Shown here piece by piece: positions 60,981 to 64,000 of a stretch of 64,000 nucleotides of DNA (the stretch's first letter is position 1; each line of letters begins with the position of its first letter). Source of the DNA: a virus; the IMG/VR virus record IMGVR_UViG_3300029286_000020, positions 1 through 64,000 of that record, one strand, 5' to 3'. The notes beneath the pieces are model-generated. The model saw nothing but the letters and a program-made list of their open reading frames with translations. It made no database searches and was not told where the DNA came from. Made by a program: the position numbers and the translations under genes.

Positions 60981-61816
60981 GGGCTACCGAAGCAGGCTTT
61001 GGAAACCGGGCACGCCTTAGCGCGAGCGCAGGAGTCGTTGCCGCAGATGCGGTCGGGCAGGGTCTTCGATTCCATACCGGACCATACGGACCTGATGAGG
61101 TTGCGGACAAGGTCGATGGTGTCCTCGTCGCGGTCGATGTGATGCTCCACGAGGCTGCCAAGCCCGCTCTCGGCCTTCTGCCAGTAGAGGATCTTCCCCC
61201 ACTTGAACCCGGTGAACATCATGTAGATGTGGGTCTGCACCATGTGCGCGATCTGTGGCACCTGCTTGATCTCCCGTCCGCCGCGCTCCCCGATGCTTTT
61301 GATCTCAAGGATGCCCATGCCTTGGAGGCCGGGAAGCACAAGGAACCCGTCGCTGTGCCCCGTCAGTCGCAGCGCGTGGTCGACGAACTTGTGCTCGATG
61401 AATCGGAACGCTGCGCTTTCGCACTTCAGGCACACCTTCGGCATTGGCCGGGACCAGTCCTCCGGGCGTGTACCGTCGATGTATTCGCCGTATCGCTTCA
61501 AGCACCCCAAGCACTCCCACGTCCCGTAGAGCACGCCCGACTGGCCAAGCAGCTCGTTCTGAACAGCCCAATGGAGGGCGGTTCCGTGCAAGAAGGTCAG
61601 GTTGAGGCCGACGTCGACGGTGTCCCTCCGAACGATCTTGTTGAGAGTGCAGAGCACCTCTTCACGAGCGCAGAGCGATGGAATTCCAGACGCACGGAGG
61701 TAGCTGGCGACGGGATCGAGCGGTTGTTTCGGCTCATCCCGAACAAAAGTCTCAGAGATGATTCGGAGAAGCGACCCATGGCCGGTCTCTCCCCGCAGTA
61801 CGTTGGCAAGGCTCAT
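60977..61816 (-). CDS. Cas4-like PD-(D/E)XK exonuclease with Fe-S-type cysteines
   Basis: RAS..LCAR, GTALH, GHSDG, ILEIKS, QTHIYM, C..C..CP..C; probable start ATG at 61816. Confidence 0.85.
   Translation of the reverse strand: MSLANVLRGETGHGSLLRIISETFVRDEPKQPLDPVASYLRASGIPSLCAREEVLCTLNKIVRRDTVDVGLNLTFLHGTALHWAVQNELLGQSGVLYGTWECLGCLKRYGEYIDGTRPEDWSRPMPKVCLKCESAAFRFIEHKFVDHALRLTGHSDGFLVLPGLQGMGILEIKSIGERGGREIKQVPQIAHMVQTHIYMMFTGFKWGKILYWQKAESGLGSLVEHHIDRDEDTIDLVRNLIRSVWSGMESKTLPDRICGNDSCARAKACPVSKACFGSP
61079..61092 (+). repeat. 14-bp quasi-palindrome, copy 11 (GGACCATACGGACC), inside the Cas4-like gene
   Basis: Read directly; encodes SVWS. Confidence 0.88.
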
Positions 61817-61835
61817 GTCCGGTGGAGTAACAGAC

Positions 61836-62276
61836 TCAGTCGACCGTTCCCCAGAGGACGTCCATCCAGTCGCGCCGTTTCCCAGCTTCGGATGCAGGGG
61901 ACTTCCAGCGATGCCCGGACGGCTCGACAAAGGTCTCCTCGGTGTCGTTGCACTCGCAGTCGGCTCGATGCTCCTGTTTGACAGCGAGGAATAGGTGTCG
62001 GGCACGCCCGGGCTCGTGGTTGTCCTCCTCGGCCTCCTGCATTGAGAACGACTTCCGCACGAACGCTATGTCTTTGTCGCTCACGACGGCGTTGAGACGA
62101 GATGCGCTGACGTGCCACGTTGGGGTGGTGGCTTCCTTGTCGATCGGGGACGTCATCAGGTCGACGGCGCTGATCACCAGCAGCCCACCGCACTTCCAAG
62201 CAGCGGACTTTTCCTCAAGAACCCCGGGGCTCTTTATAGGTTTCCACATGGGAGAGGACGGATGTCTGGGGGTCAT
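61836..62276 (-). CDS. hypothetical protein
   Basis: GAGG SD; WHVSAS motif. Confidence 0.55.
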   Translation of the reverse strand: MTPRHPSSPMWKPIKSPGVLEEKSAAWKCGGLLVISAVDLMTSPIDKEATTPTWHVSASRLNAVVSDKDIAFVRKSFSMQEAEEDNHEPGRARHLFLAVKQEHRADCECNDTEETFVEPSGHRWKSPASEAGKRRDWMDVLWGTVD

Positions 62277-62285
62277 GGAGCCTCG

Positions 62286-62732
62286 TCAGTCGCCGGATGC
62301 GAGTTTTCTCATCCGCTCGAAAACATCAAGCGGGATGACGACGAGGTCAATAGGCTTTGAAGACGGACTGTGGTGCTTCTCGAAGGTGATGAACAGCGCT
62401 GGGTCTTGTCCAGCAGCGCGAGCGCCATCAACAACCTGCAGCCACCATTCCCGTTTGATGGACATGGTCGCCGTCTCAGTACGCTTATGCTCGACCCAGA
62501 AGTCTCCGATCGTGAGGTCGCCTCGGAGGGTGATGGTTTCAGGTCTTTCGTCGCCGGTCTGGGCTCGGATGGCGTGCCTTGAAAGCCGCTTGGCTCCTGA
62601 CTGCGGGAGGCGCTTGCCACCCAGCTTGTCGGCAAGCCGGGTCTCGTGCTTCTTTGATCGCTTGAAGCGGTCGTAGTTGGGGTCCAACCACTTTGGAAGC
62701 GCACGCTTCTCCGGGGGATCCTCCTCACTCAT
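62286..62732 (-). CDS. PD-(D/E)XK resolvase-like nuclease (Hjc-like)
   Basis: HETRLADKLGGKRLPQSGA, RGDL, VEHKRT. Confidence 0.75.
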   Translation of the reverse strand: MSEEDPPEKRALPKWLDPNYDRFKRSKKHETRLADKLGGKRLPQSGAKRLSRHAIRAQTGDERPETITLRGDLTIGDFWVEHKRTETATMSIKREWWLQVVDGARAAGQDPALFITFEKHHSPSSKPIDLVVIPLDVFERMRKLASGD

Positions 62733-62994
62733 CGATGCGCTCCCACGTGTGTTCACAAATTCTGCAGGTGCAGACGACCTTTATGGGGAAGGTCAGCCCT
62801 GCACCCTGCTCGACAGTCACAAACGACATGGCGCACTTGGGGCACTCGTCAACATCAGGGATGGGATCGACGGAATCGGACTGCAGCGCGGCGATGACAG
62901 CATCGGTGGCTTGACGGTCGATCGCAGGTGGAGTGAACACACTCCGAAGAAAGTCCTCCATCGGGTCGGCGCTTTCGACGCCGTCGTCCGTCAA
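62725..62994 (-). CDS. small Zn-ribbon protein (start uncertain)
   Basis: CPKC...CRIC; possible TTGA coupling to the RecA stop. Confidence 0.45.
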   Translation of the reverse strand: MTDDGVESADPMEDFLRSVFTPPAIDRQATDAVIAALQSDSVDPIPDVDECPKCAMSFVTVEQGAGLTFPIKVVCTCRICEHTWERIDE

Positions 62995-63998
62995 GTTCCC
63001 TGCTGAACCGACTTCAGCAGGACGTCCGTCACCATCCGCTTGAAGATCGGGTCCGCCACCAGTCGCTTCTCGATTTCCGACTTCTTGCCAAAAGACTCCC
63101 CGAGAATTTTCCATGACGTTCCTCCTCCCGAGACAAGCCCGAGTCGCTCCGCGTGATCGAGGATGAAGTCCTCGTAGTAGAAGTCGCCCAGAGACTTGCT
63201 CTCAGAGTCCGACAACATCATGCGGAAGTCGTAACCGACCTTCGCGGTGCTTGACTTCGACTTGTCGAGAGAGAAGCCAAAATCCGCGTAGAGGGGGCGT
63301 TCGCCAAGCTCGTCCATCTTGAACTTGCCGGTCTTCATCTTCATCTCGGTCCAAGACATGAACCCGGGAGCCAGTCCGCCCGGAGTGGTCTCAGGATTGC
63401 CAAACATGACACCGATCTTCATTCGGATCTGGTTGGTGAAGAACAGCGTGGGCCTCTTCCCGGTATCCGTCATGACCGAGTTGAGGGCAGCGGTGAACTT
63501 CCGTACACCCTTGCCGAGCACTCGCGCCTGCTGGCCCATCAGGTCCTTCTCGATGGCCTCTTCAATCTCCTTGGCAGGGGTGAGGAAGGCGATGGAGTCG
63601 ATCGCCAAGATGTCACACTTGCCAGACCGCAGGAGAGCCTCGCCGATCGACAGTGTCTGTTCGGCGTATTCGGGCACGGAGATGAGCACTTTGTCGAGGT
63701 CGCAGAAGCGACTGGCCCAAGCGGCGTCCAGCGCACCTTCGACGTCGATGTAAGCGATGACTGGCTCTCGGGGTCGCTTGCAGATGCATCGGTCCATATA
63801 CATCCAGCACTCAGCGCACATCTTTTGAGCCTCTCCGAAGGTCGAGTAGAGGGCTGTGGTCTTGCAGGAGGACTTGTGGCCGATCAGCGTATGGACACCG
63901 CCTTGCGCCCATCCGCCCTCCAACGCAAAGTCGATCGGGAAGATGCCCGTCGGGATGCGACGAACCTTCCGGGCTTTGATCTCAGACCCTTGGATGAG
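62991..63998 (-). CDS. recA: RecA/UvsX-like recombinase, 5' end outside the window
   Basis: IPTG...D.AL.GG, GHKSSCKTT, YIDVEGALD, IDSIA, MGQQAR, FTNQIRMKIGVMFGNPETTPGG; frame open to the window edge. Confidence 0.93.
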   Translation of the reverse strand, partial: LIQGSEIKARKVRRIPTGIFPIDFALEGGWAQGGVHTLIGHKSSCKTTALYSTFGEAQKMCAECWMYMDRCICKRPREPVIAYIDVEGALDAAWASRFCDLDKVLISVPEYAEQTLSIGEALLRSGKCDILAIDSIAFLTPAKEIEEAIEKDLMGQQARVLGKGVRKFTAALNSVMTDTGKRPTLFFTNQIRMKIGVMFGNPETTPGGLAPGFMSWTEMKMKTGKFKMDELGERPLYADFGFSLDKSKSSTAKVGYDFRMMLSDSESKSLGDFYYEDFILDHAERLGLVSGGGTSWKILGESFGKKSEIEKRLVADPIFKRMVTDVLLKSVQQGT

Positions 63999-64000
63999 AG

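Noticed and set aside
60977-61816. Cas4-like gene as evidence of CRISPR-Cas
   Set aside because: No repeat-spacer array or other cas genes; solo Cas4-like nucleases are common in phage recombination modules
80-63753. Many long plus-strand ORFs (e.g. 40023..42008, 17798..19474, 48941..50401)
   Set aside because: Antisense shadows of GC-rich minus-strand genes; no recognisable motifs
1-64000. Stop-codon reassignment, tRNAs, introns or inteins in TerL, polymerase or capsid
   Set aside because: Genes are full length in the standard code; no cloverleaf or splicing motifs seen by eye

Overview
This window is a 64-kb internal segment of a large, GC-rich (roughly 60-65% by eye) contractile-tailed dsDNA phage with a T4-like head module. 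Essentially all real genes lie on the minus strand. In transcription order (right to left): RecA/UvsX-like recombinase (truncated by the window edge), PD-(D/E)XK resolvase, Cas4-like exonuclease, RuvC, SSB, ParB-N protein; a 1612-aa tandem-kinase/ART-like protein translationally coupled to a zeta-toxin-like kinase; family A DNA polymerase; TerS candidate, TerL, gp20-like portal, core/scaffold proteins, gp21-like protease-scaffold, gp23-like capsid, free-standing LAGLIDADG endonuclease; neck, sheath, two tubes, frameshifting tail chaperone, tape measure, baseplate and fibres; then small accessory genes including a Nudix hydrolase. Main findings: (1) a 14-bp quasi-palindrome GGACCATAYGGNYC found 11 times, in both orientations, inside and between genes, at a regular spacing of about 6 kb, with several ribbon-helix-helix-like/ParB proteins as candidate binders; (2) a probable second -1 frameshift (G GGA AAC) in a head-core gene that the ORF track misses; (3) a set of probable capsid-packaged cargo proteins sharing the scaffold's LAG[IV] motif and/or T4-gp21-type cleavage leaders, including kinase/ART and Nudix enzymes. 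No tRNA, rRNA, CRISPR array or integrase was seen. All family calls come from motif recognition by eye, not database searches.
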